Shown one piece after another: positions 15,164 through 28,148 of a stretch of 64,000 nt of DNA (within the stretch, counting starts at the first letter, position 1; each line of letters begins with the position of its first letter). Location of the stretch: NCBI RefSeq assembly GCF_009914755.1, contig NC_060927.1. One strand, given 5' to 3'. Both the position numbers and the translations under genes were made by a program. The stretch is from the human T2T-CHM13v2.0 reference genome, Homo sapiens. The notes beneath the pieces are model-generated. The model ran no database searches and was not told the origin of the DNA. It was given only the letters and a program-made list of their open reading frames with translations.

Positions 15164-15287
15164 ACTTTGGGTCACTTGGAAAAAGCAGTGGTTCTTGAAC
15201 TTACCTTGAAGCATGTGAAAGCACTAACAAACCTAATTGATCAGCAGCAGCAGAAAATCATTGCCCTGCAGAGTGGTTTACAAGCTG
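15164..15287 (+). CDS. BHLHE40: BHLHE40 exon 4, loop and helix 2 (TLGHLEKAVVLELTLKHVKALTNLIDQQQQKIIALQSGLQA)
   Basis: cttttccttccag acceptor; CTG|GTGAGT donor; 124 nt. Confidence 0.98.
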
Positions 15288-16608
15288 GTGAGTGCTGATT
15301 CTGGCTATGCTCTCTTTAAGAGTTTGAGTGCAAATAGAGAGCCCGTGGGCTCAACATCTGATGTAATAAACATTACTGCAACAAATTGCTTATGCACGTT
15401 CATTGGGGGAGATGCAGTTTTATCTTTCCTAAAAGGTCAGACTTTTCATTTGAAATGCATTGTGCCACCTGGCATGAATACGTATTAGTGAAATGATAAG
15501 ATATTCCTGTGGCATTTTAGCTTGAGAGTCTCTGGGTTCTGGGAGATTTCCCTACTCCCTTTTAAAATGCCAAGGCACCTATAATTTGCATTGTGGGTGT
15601 TTTACAGTTGGTCTTCTTAGCCCTCTTTCATTGGAGAAGAAATCATGGGTATGCCCCAGCGTTTTCCTGTTTCTTTGCTTCCTTGTCACTTGGTGTGTGG
15701 TGTGATCCTGGCAGGATACAGCAGGAGTTTTTCCTGCATTTCATGTGGTTCCCTGAATAGCCACTAGGTATCTTGGTGAATTGCACAATCTAGCGAAACC
15801 ACTGAAGTTTCATCATTCGTTTCTACTGACTTCCAGATAATCGGAGTCAACCTTCTAACCTTCTAGTCTCACTTCTTCCAAATAATACTGTACAGACTGG
15901 GGAGAATTATTCTACCCACTCCCTCATTTCATGCTTGTCTGCCTTCCTCTCGAAGGCTCGTATGATGAAAATTGCAAAAACCCAGCTAGTGCTTCTGCCT
16001 GTTTCCTCATTCAAAATAGGAAGATGGTCATACCTAATGTCTTGAGGATCATGGATAGAATATGTGGAGAAGACATAGAAATAGCCTAATTAAAGGTCAC
16101 AGCATGACTGCAACTTTTACAAATCATTGAAAATAAGTTTACTTTAGGTGATTGTTGTTTCTTCATTCTTTTCCTCATTTTATAACTATCCAGCCTCTGC
16201 CCATTTTGCCACGGTGCAATGTTGTATGCATTGACTCTTAGGTTTATAAATACATCAGAATGTTCTTTGCTGCCTCGCTTACATGGAAAACTCACAAACC
16301 ACCTATACAATCCAAAAGAGGGGAAACAGCTCATCTCATATTAATTATGGTCCATTTCCATGATAGGATATTATGCAACCATTAAAAATCATATTTTATC
16401 TGAGTGTTAGTATATGGATTATTTTAATTATTTATACTTTTCAGTGTAATTCTTCTCTGAGCATACTACTTTTGGAGTTAGGAACACAAATCAGTAAATG
16501 CATTTTTTTTTTTTAACAAAAACTAAAGCACCTGGTTTTTTGGAGTATAGTTTCCAGGTGCGCCACAGGCCTTCTGAAACGTTTTCCTTCGGATTTTTCT
16601 TTCCCCAG

Positions 16609-17465
16609 GTGAGCTGTCAGGGAGAAATGTCGAAACAGGTCAAGAGATGTTCTGCTCAGGTTTCCAGACATGTGCCCGGGAGGTGCTTCAGTATCTGGCC
16701 AAGCACGAGAACACTCGGGACCTGAAGTCTTCGCAGCTTGTCACCCACCTCCACCGGGTGGTCTCGGAGCTGCTGCAGGGTGGTACCTCCAGGAAGCCAT
16801 CAGACCCAGCTCCCAAAGTGATGGACTTCAAGGAAAAACCCAGCTCTCCGGCCAAAGGTTCGGAAGGTCCTGGGAAAAACTGCGTGCCAGTCATCCAGCG
16901 GACTTTCGCTCACTCGAGTGGGGAGCAGAGCGGCAGCGACACGGACACAGACAGTGGCTATGGAGGAGAATCGGAGAAGGGCGACTTGCGCAGTGAGCAG
17001 CCGTGCTTCAAAAGTGACCACGGACGCAGGTTCACGATGGGAGAAAGGATCGGCGCAATTAAGCAAGAGTCCGAAGAACCCCCCACAAAAAAGAACCGGA
17101 TGCAGCTTTCGGATGATGAAGGCCATTTCACTAGCAGTGACCTGATCAGCTCCCCGTTCCTGGGCCCACACCCACACCAGCCTCCTTTCTGCCTGCCCTT
17201 CTACCTGATCCCACCTTCAGCGACTGCCTACCTGCCCATGCTGGAGAAGTGCTGGTATCCCACCTCAGTGCCAGTGCTATACCCAGGCCTCAACGCCTCT
17301 GCCGCAGCCCTCTCTAGCTTCATGAACCCAGACAAGATCTCGGCTCCCTTGCTCATGCCCCAGAGACTCCCTTCTCCCTTGCCAGCTCATCCGTCCGTCG
17401 ACTCTTCTGTCTTGCTCCAAGCTCTGAAGCCAATCCCCCCTTTAAACTTAGAAACCAAAGACTAA
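16609..17465 (+). CDS. BHLHE40: BHLHE40 exon 5: Orange domain and C-terminal region
   Basis: ttttctttccccag acceptor; reads GELSGRNVETGQEMFCSGFQTCAREVLQYL...PLNLETKD*. Total CDS is 1239 nt (412 aa). Contains DSGYGGES (D242) and IKQE (K279). Confidence 0.98.
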
Positions 17466-17599
17466 ACTCTCTAGGGGATCCTGCTGCTTTGCTTTCCTTC
17501 CTCGCTACTTCCTAAAAAGCAACAAAAAAGTTTTTGTGAATGCTGCAAGATTGTTGCATTGTGTATACTGAGATAATCTGAGGCATGGAGAGCAGATTC

Positions 17600-17602
<3 letters not shown>

Positions 17603-17641
<39 letters not shown>

Positions 17642-17660
17642 TGTGCGTGCACATGTGTGC
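17603..17660 (+). repeat. (GT)16 extending into 58 bp of purine-pyrimidine alternation
   Basis: Seen directly. Confidence 0.95.
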
Positions 17661-18928
17661 CTGCGTGTTGGTATAGGACTTTAAAGCTCCTTTTGGCATA
17701 GGGAAGTCACGAAGGATTGCTTGACATCAGGAGACTTGGGGGGGATTGTAGCAGACGTCTGGGCTTTTCCCCACCCAGAGAATAGCCCCCTTCGATACAC
17801 ATCAGCTGGATTTTCAAAAGCTTCAAAGTCTTGGTCTGTGAGTCACTCTTCAGTTTGGGAGCTGGGTCTGTGGCTTTGATCAGAAGGTACTTTCAAAAGA
17901 GGGCTTTCCAGGGCTCAGCTCCCAACCAGCTGTTAGGACCCCACCCTTTTGCCTTTATTGTCGACGTGACTCACCAGACGTCGGGGAGAGAGAGCAGTCA
18001 GACCGAGCTTTCTGCTAACATGGGGAGGTAGCAGGCACTGGCATAGCACGGTAGTGGTTTGGGGAGGTTTCCGCAGGTCTGCTCCCCACCCCTGCCTCGG
18101 AAGAATAAAGAGAATGTAGTTCCCTACTCAGGCTTTCGTAGTGATTAGCTTACTAAGGAACTGAAAATGGGCCCCTTGTACAAGCTGAGCTGCCCCGGAG
18201 GGAGGGAGGAGTTCCCTGGGCTTCTGGCACCTGTTTCTAGGCCTAACCATTAGTACTTACTGTGCAGGGAACCAAACCAAGGTCTGAGAAATGCGGACAC
18301 CCCGAGCGAGCACCCCAAAGTGCACAAAGCTGAGTAAAAAGCTGCCCCCTTCAAACAGAACTAGACTCAGTTTTCAATTCCATCCTAAAACTCCTTTTAA
18401 CCAAGCTTAGCTTCTCAAAGGCCTAACCAAGCCTTGGCACCGCCAGATCCTTTCTGTAGGCTAATTCCTCTTGCCCAACGGCATATGGAGTGTCCTTATT
18501 GCTAAAAAGGATTCCGTCTCCTTCAAAGAAGTTTTATTTTTGGTCCAGAGTACTTGTTTTCCCGATGTGTCCAGCCAGCTCCGCAGCAGCTTTTCAAAAT
18601 GCACTATGCCTGATTGCTGATCGTGTTTTAACTTTTTCTTTTCCTGTTTTTATTTTGGTATTAAGTCGTTGCCTTTATTTGTAAAGCTGTTATAAATATA
18701 TATTATATAAATATATTAAAAAGGAAAATGTTTCAGATGTTTATTTGTATAATTACTTGATTCACACAGTGAGAAAAAATGAATGTATTCCTGTTTTTGA
18801 AGAGAAGAATAATTTTTTTTTTCTCTAGGGAGAGGTACAGTGTTTATATTTTGGAGCCTTCCTGAAGGTGTAAAATTGTAAATATTTTTATCTATGAGTA
18901 AATGTTAAGTAGTTGTTTTAAAATACTT

Positions 18929-18934
18929 AATAAA
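18929..18934 (+). terminator. BHLHE40: Polyadenylation signal AATAAA
   Basis: AATAAA with upstream TGTA elements and downstream T/GT-rich sequence. Confidence 0.85.
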
Positions 18935-20479
18935 ATAATTCTTTTCCTGTGGAAGAGAAAGATGGTCTCCTGAGTTTTTTAAAATAGCTCACTTGGTGTG
19001 ATATGGCTGACTCCCATGTCCTTCTTTCTTGGCTGAAGCAAACCAGTTAATCTCAGTGTAATTTCATTCAGCTTTTCATGTGCTTTGTATTCAATCAGAA
19101 TAAGCTTAGTCAACCTGGCAGGTAAATATTGGTTCAATTTTTGTTTAACCCTTGCCAGGGGTTCATGATCATCCTCTACCTCTTTCCAGAGTTAAGTAAA
19201 AAGCATATTTTCCCCTGCCTGCTTTCATCGTGGTCCTTGGAACTTGACAGAAAACCAAGGTATGACACCGTGGGCAGCAGTGTCTGGGGAGCCTGCTGGA
19301 GGGAGAGGCACATTGAGAAAAGATTTACTGGATTATTATGCAATACTAATTGATGCTAGGATAGCACCTCTTTGCCAAAGCAGTCTAGCTTTTTCAAATC
19401 TAGCAAGGTCTAATGGATTTGCCATATCCTGTCTTATTCCTGCTGGAGGCAACATTCCATAATTATTTTCTACATCCTTCCTGGACTTCCTCTCCGGTAT
19501 GTTTGTGCGTGAATGCATATTGGGTGTTCCTTCGACAAGTGCTCTTATTTAAAAAAAAAAAAAAAAAATTCCATGGGAAAGGTGGGAAATGACCCTGTCG
19601 TGTATTTTTGCCTCTCTCCTTTGCCTTGATTTGCAACATTCCTGTGGGATACTCCCTGTCAGAGGTGTCCTGATGTTTCCTGATGGCCAGCGCCTGACTC
19701 AACACGCTCCGGCTCCCAAAGCATCCCAGTCTGCCAGGACTCCCTGGTTGTCTGGAGTACAGCAGGGAAGCTGCCCCTAGGGATTTCTTAGCCAGGCAGA
19801 GGCTCCATCTGACCATGAAGACTGTTTGCTTCACATGTCACCTTCCCTGTCTCCTGATGGGCCAGCAGGTGAAAGTGAGCATTGTCTGCTTGTGCTGGAT
19901 GCATATGGAATGCACGTAACTGTCCCCAGGCCACAGGCTGTTGTGCAAGGAGCCGGGACCAGGAGGTGGAAGCCTGGCATCAATAGCTGGTGGTCTATCA
20001 CCTCCCTCTCCACGCCTGCTTTTGACTAGATAAAATAAGAATTCCGAGCCCTTCTCACAAGTCCCAGAGCAGGCAGATGGCAAATTCTGTAAGCCACTCT
20101 TTCTCCCAGCCCAACGCCTGGGCTTCCAGGTCTCATGCCTGTGAAACACCTCAATTGCTCCATGAGTTGCCAGACCTCTCTAGCTAGACTTTTTTGGAAA
20201 AAACCCAACAAATCAAACTTACCCTGGTGATATAGCCGGGGGTTGAAAAATCAAGACCAAACTCTTTTTGCATAACCCTCTCTTTTTCCCAGGCCACTGC
20301 AGGAGGAGTAGCTTTGGGGAAAGGAGGAAGTGGTTGGAGCAACCTGAACTAAAAAAAAAGATTTGAGGGTTCCACACACAGTCAACCCAGAATCCCGCTA
20401 TGGGAACCTGCCCCTGTCAAACAGCGCCTCAAGTTGCAGCTGTCCCTCCACTTCATTTTTTGCTTCCAGCTCGCCCTTA

Positions 20480-21120
20480 ACCTCTCTTCTAGCCCAGTTC
20501 TAGCGGCATCCAAATGCGCTCAGAGGGAGGTGCGGGGGAGGGGCGCGCACCCCAGCCTAATGCCCACTGCGGACAAAGAGGACTTCTGTTTAAAAAGCGG
20601 GGTGTGTGAGTGTCAGGGGGCGAAGCGCTGGCTCCGGGGCCAAGGAGAGGTGGCAGGAGGCAGGGGAGCGGAGGCTGGGCATCTGGCCGCCTTCAGACAG
20701 GGCGTGATCCGCCGGGCCTGCCGGGATGGTCTCACCCAGCGCTGACCTGCCCCGCCTGTTGACACAACGTCACGTTTCCGACTGCAGCCCTTTCATGTGC
20801 GGCCCGCGGCTAAAAGCGGCTGCCGGTTCCTGGAAGCAGACGTGCCTGGCACCGCGTCAGCAGAAACCTGATCCCCGGGGAAGCTCGGCAAGGCCTTGGG
20901 ATCGCTCGGCCCCCAGAACTAGGGCCTGGCAGCGGGCACGGGACGCCCCCCCTCCCTCGCGCCCAGCAGGAGGGAATTCGAGCGCTCCCCGTCGGCGGTG
21001 GGGAGGGAGGACTGGGTGGGGTAGGGAGCTGGATTTAGGCAGAGCACGGGGACCAGGGCTTAATTGACTAGAAGCTAGAAGCTTCCCACGGGTCATCGCT
21101 CACTAATGCACGTCAAACAA
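20480..21120. promoter_or_regulatory. Small CpG island downstream of the poly(A) site; candidate enhancer
   Basis: CpG-rich unique sequence with STAT, HRE, CRE-half and CACGTT motifs. Confidence 0.7.
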
Positions 21121-22136
21121 CCTAGAAGTATCATTATGGGTACTATTACAATTCACATTTTGTAGATAAATAAAAGCAGGCTCAGAGAGGAGAGGTAACT
21201 AGCCCGAGGTCACACAGCTTCTGAGGGGGCTAAACCTTTTGTAGGATGGTGGATCTGTTGGTTTGTGGGTCCCTTAATTGGATCCAAGGAGAAGGCTTTC
21301 ACAGAGCCGAGTTGTTAATGACTATAATAGTACAAATATGGATATTTATTACTAAGAATAATTACAGCAAATGTGTTTGTGGCATTTACTATTTGCCAGG
21401 CACTCTGCAAAGTGCTCTACATACAATAACTTCTTTATCACTGCAAGTCCATGAAGTAGGTAAATTAGTATACAGTTAATGAACTGTAGGCACAGAGAGG
21501 TTAAGTAATTTGCTCAAAGTCACACAGCTCCATTGATGACTTGTAAGTTAAACCTAGGAAATTTGGCTGCAAAGTTTATGTGCTTAACTATAAAACCACA
21601 CTGCCCTTCTAGTTAAGTTAATAATAGTAAAAGTAGTAATAATTACAATTATTACTATCCTGTTTTGAGTACTTTCTTTGTGCCAGGTATCAACCACGTC
21701 ATGTGAATCGCCTCTACTTATAGCAACTGTGAAGGGTAGATATTAATATGCCCCTTTTTTAAGTAAAAAAAATTTTAAACATGCTCATTTTACAAATGAG
21801 GAAACTGGAGTTCAAAGAGGGGAAATGCCTTATCTGAGGTGACACGACACCTAAGGGACAAAGCCATCCCTTTTTCTGGTATGGAACTGCTTCTACGCTG
21901 AGCTCCTGTCATGTTGGGCTTTGATACACATTATCTCATTTAATCCTCCAAATAGCCCTGCGGAATAGGTACTATGATGCTCAGCCTGTGGCTGAGATAA
22001 CCAACCTCAGAATAAAGTTATTTGCCCAAGTCTTTATTTGTTCCTTACCGATGTCCCCACACACCATCTCACAGCGAAGAATGGGCCCATCCTCTGGTTA
22101 GAGAAACTAACCCAGCATGACTATCACGGACTATGC

Positions 22137-22152
22137 GGGGGGGGGGGGGGGG
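22137..22152 (+). repeat. Poly-G run (G16)
   Basis: Seen directly. Confidence 0.9.
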
Positions 22153-22167
22153 CACCCTATAGGTTGA

Positions 22168-22513
<346 letters not shown>

Positions 22514-23849
22514 GTATTCTGCGGGGAAGGGGAGAGATTCCTTTTCTTATGTCTCTCCTAAGATTAGGAAAGGTGTAGGCCTAGGGGACTAGCGAGGTAT
22601 GAACCCCCTGGGGCAGGGCAGTTCTGCTGGAGGGAGGGAGAGAAGGAGGGAGGCAGAGACTGAGTTCCAAGCTCTCTCTCTGGAAGGGAGCCTCTGCAGG
22701 CTCAGAGACCAGGCCACCGCAGCTCCTGTCCCTCTCAGATTTCTTCGGCCCACCCACACCCTAGCCTGTCTCTCCCCTTTGGCCACCACCCCAGTACTTG
22801 GTTTGTGAGGGGTATATAAGAGGCTGCCTCGCTTTGTGGAACAGGGCCAGGATCTCAGGTTAGAGAGGAGACAGCATGTGTTGAGTTCCCACATGGTTTC
22901 ATATGAAGACTGTGTGTTAACGGGATCGGCGTGTTCTCCTGAGACCCAGCATTCCCTGAGGTGTCTGCCACGTGGCGTGGAGGGAGGGAAGGCTCCAGGT
23001 TTCTCACCCTTCATCAGCAGGAACAGCTTCCTTTTCGTGTCTTACCACTGTAATTGTTTGTTTGAACAAGAGTTTTATTGCTGAAAAGACATCACAAACA
23101 AGTTTTGAAGGCCACCAATGACAGCCCCTTTCTCAAACACTGCCTTCACCTCACTGGCCTCTTTCCCTAGGATCCAGAGGGAGGCTGAGGCCATTCAAAG
23201 CCACCCCAACACACACCCCACCCAGCACCACCCCCTGTTTATCCCCAGCCATCTGTTTGGCCCGACAACCACAGCAGAACATGAGCCGGGTGAAGCCTCT
23301 CCCATTGGCCATGGAAGCCACTGACATGCTCGTCTCGCGGCTGGGCCATCCAGTCTTGTGATGTGGCTGGATTTGGGCCCAGAAGGTTTCTTCCACTATA
23401 GATGGGGCCCTCCCTTCCCTGGGGATTCTCAGCAAAGATGTGGAGGTGGGACATGAGGGTGTCACAAGGCTGCTGGGTAGGGGTGCCAGCCTCAGGCTGG
23501 GACCAAAGGAAGTAGGGCAACCAGCCTCTGCTCACCCTAAGTCCTGGCCCTGTTCTCCCACGCCCACACCCACCTTTGAGGAGGCAAAAGGGAATAAACT
23601 TGTGCTTATTTGTTGGAAGAGCAAATATGTTTTTTTGAAACCGAATTATGGATGGGGATGTGGGGGTGGGAACTAGGCAAGGGTCTCAGGGGAATCCAAG
23701 CAGGAGAAGAAGGAGGGAAAAACCACTCTCTTCTCAGATGGAAAAAAAAAAAACAAAACAAAACAACTGTTTCTTAAAGTTTTAAATAAAATATCTAATA
23801 TTTTATATCTCTTTTACTGTGGAGAATTTAAAACATATTCAAAAGTAGA

Positions 23850-24690
23850 AACAACAATAGATGTTTCTCCAAAGAAGATATACAAATGGCCAACAAGTGC
23901 ATAAAAATATGTTCAATGTCATTAGTCATCAGGGAAATGCAAATCAAAACCACAGTGAGATACCACTTCACACCCTCTAGGATGGGTATGATATTAATAA
24001 TAATAACAACAAAACAATGGAAAATAACAAAGGTTGTCGAGGATGTGGAGAAGTCTGAAGCTTTTGTATATTGCCAGTGGGAATGTGAAATGATGAAACT
24101 ACCATAGAAAAAAGTTCGGCATTTCCTCAAAAAGTTAAATATAGAATTACCATATTACCCAATGCCATTTCTAAGAGTTATATACCCAAAAGAATTGAAA
24201 ACAGGAACGCAAACAAATATATGGACACATGTGTTCATAGCACTGTTCACAAGAGTCAAAAGGTGGAAACAACCTAAATGTCAATCAACAGATAAATGGA
24301 TAAACAAATTGTGGTGTATACATACAATGAGGTATTATAGAGCCGCAAAAAATTAATAAAGTACTGGTATATGCTACAACACGGATGAATCTCAAAAACA
24401 TTATGCTAAGTGAAAGAAGGCTGGCAAAAAGTCACGTTACACGGTTCCACTCATATGAAATATACAGAATAAATAAATCCATAGAGACACAATACAGACT
24501 GATGGTTGCCAAGGGATGAGGGAGGGAGACAATGGGAATAAAACGGGTACAGGGATTTTACTTTGGAGTGATAGAAATATTTTGGAACTAGGCATGGGGG
24601 GTTGCATAGCATTGTGAATGTAATACATGGCATAGACTTATTCACTTTAAAATGGTTAATTATATGTAGATTTCACCTCAATAAATTTTC
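23850..24690 (+). mobile_element. L1M (L1MB-like) 3' end
   Basis: ORF2 C-terminus remnant ([16 protein letters not shown]) plus 3'UTR ending cctcaataaa. Confidence 0.85.
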
Positions 24691-24984
24691 TTTTAAGTAG
24701 ATAGAATAGCATAATGAACCCTCCACTTATCAGTCTCCCAGCTTCATTAGTCATTAATTCATGCCCAAGTCAGTTTCATCTGTAATATATACCCATCCAC
24801 TTCCCCTGCTCATGTATTATTTTGAAGCAAATCCAGATATCATATAATTTCATTTGTAAATATTTCTAAAATATTTAGTATATATCTCTAAAAGATAAGT
24901 GTTATAAAATTACTATAATATTATCATACCTAAAAATATTTAACAGTATAAAAAGGCAATTTTTTAGACTAGTTCTCTAAATAA

Positions 24985-25748
<764 letters not shown>

Positions 25749-26301
25749 TAGAGTTTATTTAGGCATGTGCATATAAATATGGATGTGGGCTGTCATTTGT
25801 CCCCTTTTTCCACACAAAAATAGCATGCTGTTCACACTCTTCTGCACTTAGTATGTCTTGAGGAGCTGTCCACGTGAATACATAGAAAGGCTTTTAATTC
25901 TTTTTCACAACTGTGCGTATCTCATTGTATAGATGTCCTATAATTTACTTGACTAGTTCCCTATTATGAACATCTGGATTATTTTTTATCTTTTGCTATC
26001 ACCAGCAGGGTTGCAATGAGTAATTTTATACACAGGTCATTTTGCAAGCGTATAACAGTATTTATGGGGTAAACTCCCACATGGAATTGCTGGGTCAATG
26101 TCATGAGCATCTGTCATTCTGATGGGTATCATTCCGTGGGACACAGGTCATACTCCTTTAGAACCCAACGTTGTTGCCTGTCTTGGAGGCATTTGCAAGA
26201 GATGTCGGAAAGCTTAGAATATGTATATCTTGAGACCAAATGATTCCACTTCTAGGAGTTATCCTAAATACGATTTTTAAAATTAATTAATTTTTAAATA
26301 A

Positions 26302-26433
<132 letters not shown>

Positions 26434-27709
26434 TAAACAGGTTTTCAAAGACTAAGCTACAAGATTGGACGTCCTGTGCCATTCATAGGTAAAACAAACA
26501 AGGAGGAAAGAAGGGAGGGACAGAGGGAAGGAGAGAATAAGGAAATCAGAAAGATGGCTGAGAAGGAGACTGGTTGAGTAACTTACAGTATGTGCAAGTG
26601 CTGGAATGCTAAATAGTCATGAAAAATTATGTTAGGAAAGTAAATTGATTATTGTTTATTTGTTGTAAAGGGAGGAAAAGTAGGCCACAAAATAGTATGT
26701 TCAGACTTATCCCATTTTTGAAAAAGAATAATATGTGTGCTTCTAAATGTTCTCTCTGCCTCACTTTGAACAACTGTAAAATGAGGACAATAGTAATTGG
26801 CCTACTGAGTTGTGAGGATTAAATGAGTTTCAATGTCTAAGATGCTTAGAACAGTGTCTAGCACAGAGAAAGCTCCATGTCAGGGTTAGCTAAAATTAGT
26901 GTTATTGTTATTATTTTTTAGTAATTGTATTATAGTTACAGAGGAAAAAGGTCTGGCAGGCAATACAATAAAATTTTAACCACCTTAGCAGGATTTAGAA
27001 TTATTGGTTATTGTTCCTTTAAGAATTTTTGCTTTTCTATATTTTCTTTTTTTTTATTTTACAATGAACATGGTATTTCTGTAATATAGATCATGAAGTG
27101 CAACAGAATAAGTGGAGTGGGGGACAAGAATGGAGTTCAAGGTTGTCATGGACATCTGTATCCAGCAGTCCCAGGGGATGATGTGGAAAGGAGAGGCAGG
27201 ATGCTTTTTTGGTTTTGCCAGCTCAGCCCTGGGCAGGGCCAGCCCTACACCCTGGGAAGAAGGCAACTCCCTTCAAAGGGTGAGTGGAAGATCTAGAGAA
27301 AGCTCTCCCTACCCACATGCACATAGGAGCTTTTAACAAGGACCTTAACAATTAGAGAGATGACAAAAGTTTCAAAAAAGGTGCAAAGACACTCAATAGG
27401 CTGTGAGGGTCCTGGGATGGGGGCTCTAACTCATTCACTGCAGCGCTCCCAGTGCCTAGCTTGAAACAAAGCTGAAATTCAGTCAGTGTTTCCTGAATGA
27501 ACAAGTGAATCTAGACTCTGCTGTGTGACCTTGGGAAAGTTCTTTCACCTTCCTGAATCTGTTTCCTTATCCATCAAATGGGGATATTAGTGATCTTGTA
27601 GAGATTGCCGTGAGGATGAAAAGAAATCCTTATGTAGAATATACAGCATCTAGCTACAGTCAGGTATGTGGTAGGTGCTCAAGCATTTGCTGATTAAATG
27701 AATGAAAGG

Positions 27710-27915
27710 AGCCTGGGCAACATAGCAAAAACTCTGTCTCTACAAATAAAAATTAAAACATTAGCCAGTCATGGTGATACGGACCTGTAGTCCCAGCTAC
27801 TCAGGAGGCTAAGGTGGGAGGATCTTAGCCTGCAGTGAGCCATGACCACGCCACTGTACTCCAGCCAAGGTGACAGAGTGAGGCCCCATCTCAAAATAAA
27901 ACTTTAATTTAATTT
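27710..27915 (+). mobile_element. 5'-truncated AluJ
   Basis: Right arm plus A-rich tail. Confidence 0.8.
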
Positions 27916-28056
27916 AAAAATAAAAGAAAATAAAAAAATAAATGAAAAGAAAGAATGACATTTATAGGAACATATTCACTCTAAAGTGTAAGTAACTGAC
28001 ATAACATTATTTCCTGAAAGATGCTTTGTAGAGGGAAAAGCTGAAAGAGATCTCAT

Positions 28057-28089
<33 letters not shown>

Positions 28090-28148
28090 CACACACACAT
28101 ATATATATGTCTGTGTGTATGAGATCTCTCTGATATATATATATATAT
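28057..28148. repeat. Compound (CA)n/(TA)n microsatellite
   Basis: Seen directly. Confidence 0.9.

Larger units (their letters stand above)
17466..18955 (+). other. BHLHE40: BHLHE40 3'UTR (~1.5 kb)
   Basis: Runs from the stop to the distal AATAAA; AU-rich distal part. Confidence 0.85.

Noticed and set aside
16647-17465. 272-aa ORF as a standalone gene
   Set aside because: It is the bulk of BHLHE40 exon 5 from an internal Met.
21068-21087. Heat-shock element
   Set aside because: Only two correctly phased nGAAn units.
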